Source of the DNA: Negaprion brevirostris
Taxonomy: Eukaryota
Length of the DNA: 64,000 bases
Direction of reading: 5' to 3'
NCBI GenBank assembly: GCA_030324005.1
Contig: JARDVH010000031.1
Span: 18,137,806-18,201,805 of the forward strand
Shown: piece by piece, positions 13,098 to 26,317 of the stretch
Layout of the letters: every line of letters starts with the position of its first letter
Numbering within the stretch: the first letter of the stretch is position 1
The notes under the pieces: generated by a model
What the model was told of the DNA's origin: nothing
What the model saw: only the letters and a program-made list of their open reading frames with translations
The model's database searches: none
Program-made: the position numbers and the translations under genes

Positions 13098-14349
13098 CAG
13101 TGAGTTGGATTAAATTATAAACATGGTAAAGGCATTAAGAACTTGATTTTTTTTTTCAGTAAGGGTCCAAGTTTGGAGACTGCAAGTCTAAATTGCCCAT
13201 TTAATTTGCACATGTGCAAGAACTTACTCAGTGACTGCTCTCGGTTGCAGTTATGTGAATGAAGTGGAAATTTGAGCATTTACAAGAAATGCAGCATTTA
13301 TCGTATTAAACTCAACACTATACTCATGCCCTACCAAAGGTTTATACACTATTAGTTGGAATTAGAAATGCTTATCTAGGAACAGTGATTTTTAGTAACC
13401 ATTTTTATTGGGAATGTGCACATTATGGACCACAATCACAGAGCTCAAACTCTTAAAAACAACCTTCAAATTTCAGGCATTTTGATCCAATCTGCTGGCT
13501 TTTTCTTGTTGGCTTACTCAGTTTGAATTTATCAAGTGGTGGTTTAAAAAGGGCCTTTTTTAAATATTGCCACCTCACTGCTGGCTAAATGCCAAACTAG
13601 TGCACCCAGATGCTTGTAAATTAAAATGAATGAAAATTTTAGGTGCCATCCTTTCCTATACATCCCACTAAGAACAAAGGTTCAGGTACTCCTGATCAAG
13701 ACTGCAAGAGATATTTTAAAGGATATAATTACACTGATACTCATGTTGCCGTACAATGTTTCCGACGCAAGTGACTGTGCATGAAAGTCAGAGCAAACTG
13801 CATCTCTTGGCATGCATATCATTCTGTCTGGAGTACATATAACTCCAATATGGTGTCGTTGAGTTTGAGTGCTCTGTAGATATATCCTCAAACCCCTTTC
13901 CCCCACCCCAGCAATTTTTTTCCTGAGGGAGTTTTAATGTTGCCACCCTTAGAGCAGAACTGTAACATTTGTAAACATGTATGTGCACCGACTCACTAAA
14001 GATTGCTCTCTCTACAGAGGATAATGGCCAAAATAATACCAGGTTTGGAGCTTAGTGCTCAGGACTGGTTTTCAGTAAAATATTTGAATATTTACTACTA
14101 AGTTGGCAGATGTTTTTTCTTATCCATTCTTTAAAAGCTCATTTGCATTCAACCTCTTTTCCCTTTCTTCCACAAACAATACTTACTGTGCTTACACATT
14201 CTGAAATACTGTGATTTACATTGATTAGTTCCTGCATGTGTGCAAATTAAATGGGCAATTTAGATTTGCAGTCTCTAAACTTGGACCCTTACTGAAAAAA
14301 TCAAGTCCTTAATGCCTTTACCATGTTTATAATTTAATCCAACTCACTG
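13098..14349. repeat. Inverted repeat pair, arms about 13098-13230 and 14222-14349, spacer about 1 kb
   Basis: cagtgagttggattaaattataaacatggtaaaggcattaag...gcaagaact is the reverse complement of agttcctgc...cttaatgcctttaccatgtttataatttaatccaactcactg, with few substitutions and one poly-T length difference. Confidence 0.95.
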
Positions 14350-16071
14350 GCCAGATTGTGGCCTGCGAAGCCTCTCTGTATGGGCCTTGGAGTCCTTGCT
14401 AATATGTTGGTGAAACGGTGAAGTTGAAGATTTTGGTCGTTGACTGCTTCTCCATTCGGAGCCTGTTTCCCTCAGGAAATGTGGGAGAGGACCGTATTGT
14501 GATTGGAGGAGCATTGATAAACCAGCAGTTGAAAGTACGTGGAGGGAAAAGGAGGATTTGGAGGGATGAGAGTGCATGATTCTGGTTCACTCCCTGTCTC
14601 GGAGTTCTCATTCACTCTCACCCCTACACAGCACGCACTCTCGCAGTAGGTGCGGGACTGAACTCCCCAAGACTGGGAATGGAATTTTGCAGTGGTACCA
14701 GGTCAGAAAATATGACAGCTGTTTGAATGTTCATTGACTTTGGCAGGACCAGAAAATTTTGCCCAGGGAGTTAGCTTGATGCACGCACTTAGCCTTTGTA
14801 AATAATGAATTAATTGTTTTGATTTATTTTTGTTCAGCAAATTTCTTTCCATAGGTGGTTCTTTCAAAATTCATATTTGTGTTGTGCCAAATCTTATCTT
14901 TCCAAAATTCTTTCTTTGGTGAGAAGGAAATTGAAATGTCGTGCACACACCACCTGGGTTTGTCGACTCCAATTTAGGGATATACTGCAATAATTGAAAA
15001 TCCCCCCCGCCATTGAGAATTCATTTTAACAACCAAAAGTAGGTGTTCCACAAATGTTAGCAGATGCTTTTCCCCCTGTTTTTGGAGGGCTACGAATCCT
15101 CCTCACTGTTAAACAGTAGTGAATAATTTATTTGTGTTACAGTATTATTTCTGTTGAAATGGTCAAACTGAAGAAAATGTTGCCCTGTTTTGAAGGTTGC
15201 CCCTTTGACTTCCAGCTTCATTAAATAGCTGTGCAGTTCAGTCTGACTAATATTCACTGTGGCCTGCTGCTTGGTCAAGATGAGAGGATTTATGGAGGAC
15301 AGGAGATTCAGTCAGATTAAACACTTTTATCCAGGATTATGTCTGCAGCTATGTCAGGAACTGGGAGGTCTGATGCTGGAGCCACAAAGAAGTTGATGTG
15401 CTGCACTGATCTGATTTAGGCCTTGGGCCAGAGGAATAGTGGACGTTGTGAAATTTGCAAAATAATGGTATGAGATTATGCTCATCTGTGATGAGATGAG
15501 GGAAATGTTGAGCAATAGTGCCATGAGAGAACAAGATAATCACAAAAGTCTTTTCAAAAATTTCTAATCTTGATGTGCTACAGAGTTGATCTTAATTACT
15601 GCAAAAACTGGTAATACATATGCATTTACTGATATATCTTAGCCCTCACCTGTTCATGCTTTCTGTTTTACAAATGCAATTAGATATTGGAAAGATTGAA
15701 GCCATTATTTTTAGTCCCTACTCCAAACTGCATTTCCTAACAACTGGCACTGTCCCTTCCTTGGCAATAGTCTGAAGCTAAATAAGTCTGAAATCATATT
15801 TGACTCCAGCTTCCAACCACCTCAGTAACACCACCTATTGCCACCTCTAACATTGCCAACTTCTCTACCAATAAAGACACTGGATAGAATGGAAGCTGAA
15901 GAAAGTGGATTGTGACTGACTCCATTCAAATACACCATCGTTAATTTCTTTTGTTGCTATACATGTAAATGAATTGACCTTACTTCAATGTTGGCTGACC
16001 ACCAAAATCAGAAAAATGATTATGATCTGTGTTTCTTTTCGACTTATTTTTAAATTCCCAAATGGACCTAA

Positions 16072-16338
16072 TGATGTGGATATGCCGGCGTTGGACTGGG
16101 GTAAACACAGTAAAAAGTCTGACAACACCAGGTTTAAGTCCAACTNNNNNNNNNNNNNNNNNNNNNNNNNNNNNNNNNNNNNNNNNNNNNNNNNNNNNNN
16201 NNNNNNNNNNNNNNNNNNNNNNNNNNNNNNNNNNNNNNNNNNNNNTGTGCCCCTGGCGAAGGGGCAAACCCCGAAAGCTTGTGAATTTACTATCAAATAA
16301 ATCGGTTGGACTTAAACCTGGTGTTGTCAGACTTTTTA
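16072..16338 (+). mobile_element. Short palindromic non-autonomous element with hammerhead-like core, contains a gap
   Basis: Same family as 9173 and 20235; 13-bp direct repeat caaatggacctaa (16059-16071, 16339-16351); ctggcgaa-gggg-caaa-cccc-gaaa at 16253-16276. Confidence 0.8.
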
Positions 16339-18119
16339 CAAATGGACCTAACTAAGGCACCATGTTTTGGGATGCCATAGCTGTGCTGTTAGGGCAGAGA
16401 ATTGGAAATAGGCGAGAAAATGGGTAGCACATCCCTAAATACTCAATGAGCTGTTCAAAGTATTACAGCAAATGCAACTGAAGCATGAAATGTCTTTCTA
16501 AAATCTGGATAGAGTGGGGAGTCTCAATCCTTTTGACTGTTTGGGTATTTCTATGGTGATTCATGAGAAACAATGAAGTTTCGTTTAAGCTTCAATTCAT
16601 CTTAATGTGGCATTGTACCTATTGAAATGCAGTACAGTTTGTCTCATTGTTACATAGATATCATCAATACACTAAGTCGTGGTCTCTCCCTTTATTATTA
16701 TACTCCCTGTTTAAATGAGTTGTGTTGAGTAGTTCATGCTATACCCTCTTGTCAGGTAGAGATGGCCATCATGGTATGAATAAAAATGCTCTGAAAAATT
16801 TTTGCAAAAATCACCAGTGTGACAGTGGTGAAGGCCAGCAGAGCGTGAAGCGTATTTAATATAATAGCATGGCTCATGGAACCATGAAGATTTGTTTTTA
16901 CACAGCACTGCTTGCTTTGTTCAAATTAGGACTGTACAGTTGGAGTTTTTCTAGTTTTGGGCTTTGGAAAACATTTTCCCTAATGGTGAACTCAGTCACT
17001 TGGTGACCCAACTGTGTTTAATTTCCCTTCCTCCCATGAATGTCTCAGTTTTTGATGATTGAAACCTCAAAACATTAATATAAAGACTGAATTGAGCCTC
17101 GAAGGTGGGAAGGATGGATTGTGACGAGTTTAAATGTACCATTTCAAGATATCAAGCCTGAATTTGCGGTAAAAATAGCAGCAAGGCGCTTTGCACTTGG
17201 TGGGTAAANNNNGCGATAATATCTGGGGTGTGCAGAAATCTGGAAGCTGCTTTGAGCTACCTGCTGCTCCACAAGGCTGCTTGTTGGCACTCTTTGTGAT
17301 AGATCCTTATTAAGGTGTCAAGTTGAACTTTTACCCCCATTCTTCCTTTAAATACCAGTGAAAGACCTTAAGCCTTGTCCAATCAACGTCAGTCAGAAGT
17401 AAATGAGTTTTGTGGCTTGCTAAGTCACAATTGCTGTTAAAAAATCTTCTAGCCTTGAAAAGGTAATTTTATAAAGTTATCATTCCCTTGAGAACTAAAT
17501 TTTTGCTTATTTTTAAATGTGTAGTTTGTTTTAAGTTCGAGTTACATTTAACCTGGATCCCTTTGGCCATTTTTCTAATTCTATTTCTCCATCACCCCAG
17601 CAGTGTCCTCTTCGACAATTTGAACCAGAGCAGCTGAAATGTTTTTACTATCTAATGGAATGTTGACATCAAAAACTACATGGGCTGTAAGGTGTTTTAC
17701 TTGTTTGGGTTTGGTCCACTTGCACTGTCAGAGCTTGAGCAGAGTATTTTGTTTGTAAAAGATGTGACACCTAACATTAAAACAAATGTAAGCAGTGATA
17801 TTTTATGCACCATAACCTTCCTCTCTCCTATTCTTCAAGTCATAACTATACGGTTTGGTTTGAATGAAGACTTAATATGTAAATGCAATTATCAACATGT
17901 TCCAATATACAGCTCTCAGACTGGAACTCAGTTTCACTTTCAGAAAGCATCTTGATACGTTGTGATTTCAATGTACCCTGTTTAATCGTAAGGCCAGTTG
18001 AGGATGAATGTTTAATCTTAGTGTGGGGGTACATTGAAAAATGCCAAATTCAGTATATTTAATTAATGCGCAAATACAGTTTAGTATTGGAAGAATAGGG
18101 CTGCAAGATGAGCTATAAT

Positions 18120-19075
18120 TTTCATTATCGTCACATATATTAGTATAAAATAAAAAGTATTGTTTCTTGTGCGCTACGCAGACAAAGCATACCGTACATA
18201 GTGACAGGAAGGATGGAATGCAGAATGTAGTGTTACAGTCACAGCTAAACTGTAGAGAAAGATGAACTTAATGCAAAGTAGGACCATTCAAAAGTGATGG
18301 CAGCAGGGAAGAAGCTGTTTTTGAGTTTGTTGATATGTGACCTCAGACTTTTCTATCTACTTCCTGATGGAAGAGAGTATGTCCGGGATGTGTGGGGTCC
18401 TTAATTATGCTGGCTGCTTTTCTGAGGCAGCAGGAAATGTAGACAGAATCAGTGGATGGGAGGCTGGTTTGAGTGATGGACTGGGCTTTGTTCACGACAC
18501 TTTGTAGTTTCTTGCAGTATTGAACAGAGCAGGAGCCATGCTGGGCTGTGATGTGACTGGAAAGAATGCTTTCTATGATGCATCTGTAGAAGTTGGTGAG
18601 AGTCGTAGCTGACATGTCAAATTTCCTTAGTCCTCTGAGAAAATAGAGGTGTTGGCAGGCTTTCTTAACTATAGTGTCAGCATGGAGGGACCAGGATAGG
18701 TTGTTGGTGATCTAGACACCTAGAAACTTGAAGCTCTCGACCATTTCTACTTCATCCCCATTAATGTGGACGGGCATGCCCTCCACTATGATTCCTGAAG
18801 TTGGTGACTGTCTGCTTCGTTTTGTTGACAGAGGGAGGGATTATTGTCATCGCACTAGTTCACCAAATTCTCTATCTCTTTTCTGTACTATGTCTTGTCA
18901 TTGTTTGAGATCTGATTCTCAATGGTGGTGGTATCAGCCAATTTGAAAATCGAGTTGGAAGGGAATTTGGCCACGCAGTCGAAGGTGTGTAAGGAGTATA
19001 GTAAGAGAGCTGAGGACAGCCTTGCGGAGTACTAGTGTTGCGGATGATCGTGGAGGAGGTATTGTTGCCTATTCT
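18120..19075 (-). mobile_element. Rex1/Babar-type LINE 3' fragment
   Basis: Minus-strand ORF LTNFYRCIIESILS...LQSVVNKAQSIT...LPS...KAASIIKDPTHPGHTLF is typical of the Rex/Babar ORF2 C-terminus. Confidence 0.8.
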
Positions 19076-19744
19076 GATTTATGACTAAGAGTAGGAGCTT
19101 GTTCATTGTTCTGCGAGNNNNNNNNNNNNNNNNNNCCTTAACTCCATTTACTTACCTTGCTCTATCTCATTTTGAATCACTGTTTAACAATCTGTCAATC
19201 TCAGATTTTAATTATTAATTGAGCTATCATTTATTTTCTCTGGAACAGAATCCCACACCACTTCTACCTTTTGCATGAAATGTTATTTAATGTCTCTCCT
19301 GAATGCCTAGTTCTGATTTTATTCCTCTTTTGCCAGACGTCCCTACGTTAGCAGAAAAGGTTTTCCCACTCTATTCTGTCAATTCCTTTAAAATTGCCAA
19401 AAATCTCACTCCAATCACCATCTATATTCTAGGGATTTCAAGCTTGGTTAATGTAAGTAATCACCCCTCGATCTAATACTTGGAACACCATTAACATGGT
19501 TGTGAATCTGCTGCATTCCTTCCAGAGCCAATACTGTATTGCAGTCTGTGAGTTGACCTGGCCTTTTTTTAATAATCCAGTTCTTTCAGTGCCACAAATC
19601 TTGTTCAGGCCTCAATACGGCATACAAGTACATTGGTGCTAAGAAATGCTATACTGCCATCAGGAATTGCCCTCAACTTTTCAGCACAAATGCTTGTTTG
19701 ATTACCTTATAAGTTAGCACATGGGATTTTTAAATCGATACATT

Positions 19745-20940
19745 CATGGAAATGTAGTGAGTCCAGGATTTATTGCTCGTCCCTAATTGCCTTTGAGAAG
19801 GCCATAGAGAGCCGCCACCTTGAATTGCTGCAGCCTGTTGGTGTAGGTACACCCACAGTGCTGTTAGTGAGGGAGTTTCTGGATGTTGACTCAGTGACAA
19901 TATATTTCAAAGTCATGTGAACACAACCACCTCTAAGTTCCCCTCCAAGTCACACTTGGAGGTGGTTGTGTTCACATGTATCTGCTGACTTTGGCCCTCT
20001 AGGTTGCAGAGATCATGGATAGAGGGAATGGATGTTGAAGGTCATAGATGGGTTGGCAATCATGCAGGCTTTTTCCTGGGTGGTGTTGTGCTGCTGGATT
20101 GTTACTGGATCTAGGCAAGTGGAGAGTATTCCACTGAACTCCTGACTTGTCCCTTGTAGAAGTTGGGCAGGCTTTGGGGAGTCAGGAGTTGAGTTCCTTG
20201 CTGCAGAACTCCCAGTCTCTGGCCTGCTCTTATACAGTAAGAAGTCTCACAATACTAGGTTAAAGTCCAACAGGTTTAATTGGTAGCACAAGCCATTAGC
20301 TTTTGGAGCACTGCTCCTTCATCAGGTAAGGCTTACTTGATGAAGGTGCAGCGCTCCAAAAACTAGTGGTTTGTGCTACCAAATACCTGTTGGACTTTAA
20401 CCTGATGTTGTGAGACTCCTTACTGTGTTTACCCCAGTCCAACGCTGGCATCTCCACATCATCTGCTGTTATAGCCACAGTATTTATATGGCTGGCCCAG
20501 TTGAGTTTCTGGTTAATGGTGACCCCCAGGGTGGTGTTAATGGGGTATTGAGCAATGATGATGCCAATAAATGCCATGGCCTGACACTTGGTGCGAATGT
20601 TACTTGCAACTTAACAACCCAGGTCTGGATATTGTCCAGATCTTGCATATGGCAAGGGGCTGCTTCAGTATCGGAGAAGTTGAAAATTGTGCAATCATCA
20701 GAAAACTTCCCCGTTCTGATTATATGAAGGGAGCGGGGGGGTACGGTGTCATTGAGGAAGCAGCTGAAGATGGGTGGGCCTAGGACCCTACCCTGAAGAA
20801 CTCCTGCAGCGACATCCTGGAACTGAGATAATTGACCTCCAACAACCACAACCATCATCCTTTTGTGCAAGGAGTTTCCCTGCCATGTTTTCCATTGATT
20901 TCAGTTTTGCTAAATCACCTTGATTCCACACTCAGCAACA
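19745..20940 (-). mobile_element. Degenerate CR1-clade LINE 3' part, interrupted by a palindromic element
   Basis: Minus-strand translation VVVGGQLS...AGVLQGRVLGPPIFSCFLND...FSDDCT...QDLDNIQTW (RT motifs). Confidence 0.85.
20235..20462 (-). mobile_element. Gap-free palindromic element (about 95-bp arms centred at 20331 plus a 36-nt unpaired end)
   Basis: Arms 20234-20330 and 20332-20426 are reverse complements; flanked by ctgctcttata (20224-20234) and ctgctgttata (20463-20473); nested inside the CR1 copy. Confidence 0.88.
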
Positions 20941-22689
20941 TGTCCATTGTCAAACAAGATGCATGGGACCTGAAGACACACCCACATAGCAGATGGAGCA
21001 AATAATGAACAGAAGTGGACACTTAAAAAAAAATGAAGCACAAGCTCACTTAAAACAAAGTAGTGTCATTTGCTAACACGGAAAGAATAGATCCGGACCA
21101 TTTGTCTTTCTTGATGGGCATAACCAACCAGTTCTGGTGTCATCCTTGTAAATCTTTTTCATCCCTCTACAATTGTACTGTTCACTCTGGAAATAAACTG
21201 GTTTTCTTATGACCTGTTTCCCAAATTGCAAAGTTCAGTAATTTGTATTAATGAATTCTAAAAGGTTGTAGTGTTAGTGGTCTGTTGGATAGCTAATCTT
21301 GTACGTAGAACTTTTCCAGGGAATAGACCAATCAGTTTAACATTAGTAAGAAAATCTTGGAAATCCTACCCAAATAGAAAAATACCCAGAAACAAAACTC
21401 ACTTATAGTTAACATACTTTTCAAAAAAGAATATTTTGTTTGAGCAATTTCATAGAACTGTTTGAAGAGGTAAGAGTAAACGAGGGTAATGCAGTTGATG
21501 CAGTATTTTTGAAATAGCTGTGATAAAGTACATGTAAAAGACAAATAAATAAAGTTGCGGCATTCAGAGTCAGGGTACATGTAACAGAATTGAGATAATG
21601 CTGCCATCTGGCTATATTCTGAAACATTCAATCCACACCAGGAAGTTTACCCTCGGTTTGATTAGTTTATTTAACACCTCCTCTATTTTAAGTGCAACTT
21701 TATCACTTCCAATCTGTTTTGGATGTCAAATCCACCTGATTGGTTTCCCTGTTAAACGCTGCAGCAAATTGTATATAATGTATCTCCCATTTTGCTATTG
21801 CTGTCTGTGGTTTCATTTTTGACCACCCCTTGGTGACCCTATTCCCATCCCAAATTTCCTTCTGTTAAATTTGTGTCTGTAGACAATCTTTCTTTGTCTA
21901 CCTAATCTTTTAAAACTTCTTTCCTTGCCTCCTCTTCTCCTTTGTCATGCTCTCCCTTATTGTCCATGTACCTAGTGTATGCTACTTTCATTATCCTCAA
22001 TTTTTCCCCAGATGACTTTTGTATCATTGGAATAACAATAACAAATCCTCTTTTTTTTAAAAAAATACTGGATTAGAAAGGAGTCCGGCACATATTGTAG
22101 GAACACTTTTCTCTTACCTGTTTACCCTTCCTGGCCAATTAATTTTGGGGTACTTGAAATCACTTATTGTTTTTACTCATTTTCCTGTAGGAAAGTAGGA
22201 ATAAACAGATTTTTCTTGAATTATCAAGGCAAAGCTGGTGCTTCCTAGGAGCTATATTGGGGCATCTTGTTCTCAGATTATTGGGCATGCATTGAGAGAC
22301 ATCAACAATGTTTCCTAATGCTAGGCTACATGACAAATTGAGGGAGAATTCAGTTAGCTGTCGGAGGACTGAGACAGGCTAGAATGTTAGGCAGATATCT
22401 AATGAAGATTAATATGAAGTACATTTTATAAAAATATATCCAATTCTGTGTCTTCTATTTTAGTCATCCCATTGTCCCTGGTAAACTACCATACTCTTAT
22501 GGGACCTGGACTTTCAAACAAGTTTTTAGGAGGCACCAGGCAGTCTATTCTCTCCATTCCTAAATGAAAGGGGTGCTGATGTACAGATCTTTCCTGGCAG
22601 GGATAAGTCACAAGGCTACAATTAGGATTCTGGATTCTAGTTACAGGGTAAACTGAAGGCGAAAGCCAGGAGGCATGGATGGTGCTGTT

Positions 22690-22940
22690 AAGATTCTCCT
22701 TTGTCTCATGTCCATGACACCTTTGTTAATCTTTCTTTTGCCCTGCCCTATTCCTGTTCTTCCATTCTGCCCCACCTCTCCTATGTAATTCACTACATTT
22801 CTAATTTTCAATTGTGCCGATGTGTCATTTGGAATCAAAAAGTTAACTCTGTTTCTGTTTACAGATGCTGCCAGACCTGCTGAATTTACCCAGCATTTTA
22901 TGTTTATATTTCTGATTTCCAGCAGTATTTTGCTTTTATT
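22690..22940 (+). mobile_element. Penelope-like element terminal repeat remnant
   Basis: gttaactctgtttct...cagatgctgccagacctgctgaattt...ccagcatttt...gatttccagca; related copies on the minus strand at 52092-52175 and 60605-60720. Confidence 0.55.
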
Positions 22941-22959
22941 AAGGAGGTAATCGCGTAGG

Positions 22960-23460
22960 TTATGTCACAGTTGCTGTGCTGTGCACAGAGGAGATTTTGA
23001 AGCAATAGAAAAAGTTAATTCATTAGGATAATGTGAGGGATGAGAGGATATACTTATGATGAGAAACTTGAAAATCTGGGGCTCAATTCACTGGAGCAAA
23101 GAAGATTAAGAAATGATCTAATAGTGTTCAAAACTGAAGGGATTTAAGAGAGTAAATAGTGAACGATTATATTAAGTGGTCGCTGAATTGATAAAAAGAG
23201 AGCATAAATTTAGGATGGGTGCTAGAAATGACTAAGGGGAATTTATATGTAATATAGTATAAAGAAATTTGGAATATGAAATATTTACCAAAGGTGGCTT
23301 TGAAATCTTTTGGATCTACTTTGGATAGGAAGAAAAATACTAAATGACATAGAGAAGATGCCGGGATAAGAGACTACCATACGCTGTTGCAGTGTGGAAC
23401 TAACAGTGTTCTACCCAGACCTGATGGCCTGAAATGGCAGCCTCCTGGTCTTCTCTAATG
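22960..23460 (+). mobile_element. Old CR1 LINE 3' end
   Basis: Degenerate YDEKLENLGLNSLEQRRLRNDLI motif at about 23055-23125. Confidence 0.65.
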
Positions 23461-26317
23461 TAACTTTGTGGGTTGAGCTGCATCTGAGGGTTTCGTCCTG
23501 TGCCACTGCAGATGCAAAATCTGTAAAGAATCCCATGTAAACGTATAGTTCACCATTGCTACTTACAGGAATGGCTCTAACAACAGCAGAGCATTTGAAC
23601 AGTATGATTAATGTTGTAAATCAGACTGTTTGTCACTATCATTGTCCAGGTTTTAGTCACTGCTCTGTGCTGAGTTAGCTGTTACTCAATTGCAGTAATG
23701 TTGGGAGTCAGACAGTCAACCGAGCATTTGTTGGCAAGAGAGGAGCAAATCAACCAATGTTCATGACGACGTGTACTTTCTGGACCCTTGTTGAAAGGGC
23801 ATGCTAGTGGATTTCAATTGAGGCAGTAATCCTAATGGCTGAATAGTTGTGATTGAATAGCCTGGGGCATTTGCTGTTGAGCTAACACGTGAAAACAGTC
23901 AGTTGGGTAAGGTTATAAATCCTCCAGGGTGACTTGCTACTGCAGAAATGTAAGGTATGAGAAAAGAATCTACATTAAAGAAATTCGTTATTGTGTTTGC
24001 ATTTGTATCCAAGTTGATGCGTAAGATTATTGCGATCATGGAATAATGAAACAGATGTGATTTCAAACAGAATACAGTAGATGTGCCCAAATATGAGGAC
24101 ATAGTTGGAATACCAAGGGAAAAGAGCTAATTCGTCAGAGTTGATGTGGTTAATCATGCTTCAGAATGACTTTAATCAACCTATTGAAATCTATGAAATG
24201 AAGATGGGATCTTTATAGCTTGCGCGTGTAGTGGTCATAGCAGATTATTTCAAGCAGAAATGCCTTCACAGATTGTATCACTTACAGTATCCTCTAACAT
24301 ACAGCATTATTTAGCCATAATTAATCTTTTTAAACACTAAAGCTTAAAGGGTCACGTGTATTCCTTGGACTTGTGAACAATTGCTCTTTTGAGGACAATG
24401 CCCATGCTAACAACAAAAATCTATGTTGCTAGCTCAATTTCTACCTGCTGCAGTTGCTTGAGGGAGATCCAGAATCTCCACCTATAACCAGAGTTCTAAC
24501 TCCTGGAGAAGCAACGGCAGCATTACATTGGGGCTGGATGAGAGTGAAGGCTGCCAGCACGCATAGGAGAACGTTCCAGTTTGCTTGAGGGAATACAAGA
24601 CTGTTTAGTGTCACTACTGCCAACTGCAGTTTTAATCCATTCATCATGTTTAATAAGATTGCTACTGTATTTCCACATTCTTTGCAGTGAATGGTCACAT
24701 CTTTGTCTTGGTATGTCTGCAGCTGAAGTTGTGGTAAATTCATGCCCCGTGGTAATTACTGTGCAAGCCTGTGCTTAGGGATGCGCTTTCGAATTGTTGG
24801 TGTTGTATTTTGAATAACTTTTTCAAGCATCCAAACGTTAGCAGTGGAAGTTGAAATGGGAAAACTGGCCAATGTCTAACAACGTACAGTGCAAATATAA
24901 TAGTAACATATATTGGCATAACTTGACATCATCTGGTCTGGTGAGGCAGGATAGCCAGATGGCGTCTTTCTCAGGTTTCAGTTTTTGGTAGCCTTCTAGT
25001 TGTTTCTTTGCCCTATTTTCAGATGGGATTTAAGTTTGTAGTGTCATGTGTATCGATCATGTTACAAGCTTCCATTTGAAATTTAGACATGATCTTTCAT
25101 CACAACTCAGGCTGCTTTGAAACCCACAATGCCAGAACCGCTCTTGGAGTGTGTTCTATTTATATCTGTCTCTTTATGTCCCTGCCCTCATCTCCAACCA
25201 TAAGTATCATGTGTCAATGTCTAACATTGTTGTACCCTTGAAGGAAACCGTTTAGTGAGGGCAGAAAAATCCTTGGTTCAATACCAAAAAATGTGAAATC
25301 CAAGAGAATTTAATGCTTTCTTTAGCGCAAATATCCTTTCTTAAACAACTGTATGTACAAGTTCCACATTGGAAGGAATGGGGAGGACGAAATTGATCTT
25401 GATACTATAGCATGTCATGGAACAGCCATGGAAGTGTATCTGGCACTTTGTTGTCCTCTTGACAGGAGAACTAGATGTGTGCTGCCAGACAGTCTGCAAA
25501 ACAAGTTAGCAGTCAGGAAATATTTTCAGAATTAAACTCAAAATAAATGTTGCTATCCTGAGAACTGAGAAAACAAAGAAACTATCATGGAAAAGCGAAT
25601 CCTGGGATTAACCAAAGCTCATAATCCTTTCCTTGGAATAGTTGCATAATTTTGGAACAGAGCAGGGTTTAATTTTGAAGGGCAGCTTCTTAAATCTGTA
25701 TCTCTTTGCTCCAACTCAGAATGAAAATTCTATAATTGTTAATGCCCTTTCTATACAAAGCAGAAGAATTCCCAGTAAACTTTTGACAACTGGAGAAATC
25801 GTAATTCTGATGTCAGACAGTGATTATTTCAAATGGCCATAATTAGTTTGAACAAAAATGTTTGTCACATCTTCAGTCAGAATTACACCATGAAAACGGG
25901 AATGAAATTATAGTTGGGAATATTAACATGCAAACATGTTTCACTTAGAATTCTTAATTTCCCTTGTTTACATGATGATATTAACATGTAAAATTTACGT
26001 AGATAGTAGAAATGCATTTTCACCCCCAATGTGCGACACAGTGATCATATTAAAAGGTTAGATTTTGTGCAGGTACTCTAGGTATAAGGTTGATTTAAAA
26101 ATGAATTATTTTTCCCCTGCATTGTTAATTAGCTGTGTATGATTTTTAAAATTCAATTTCTAATTACTAGAATCAATCTTGCTGTTTTCGAATTTTGTTT
26201 CAAGCCCTGGATTTGGAAATATTTGCTGAGATATTTTTCATGATCAGAACTGGTAGTTTTGTGTAGTGTTGATTTATCAATCAATTGTTTGCAATTGGCC
26301 AAATCATCTTTCATGTA

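Noticed and set aside
23478-23520. Small hairpin tgcatctg...cagatgca containing gtttcgtcc (reverse of the hammerhead GGACGAAAC)
   Set aside because: No CUGANGA core in the required position; an 8-bp stem is expected by chance.
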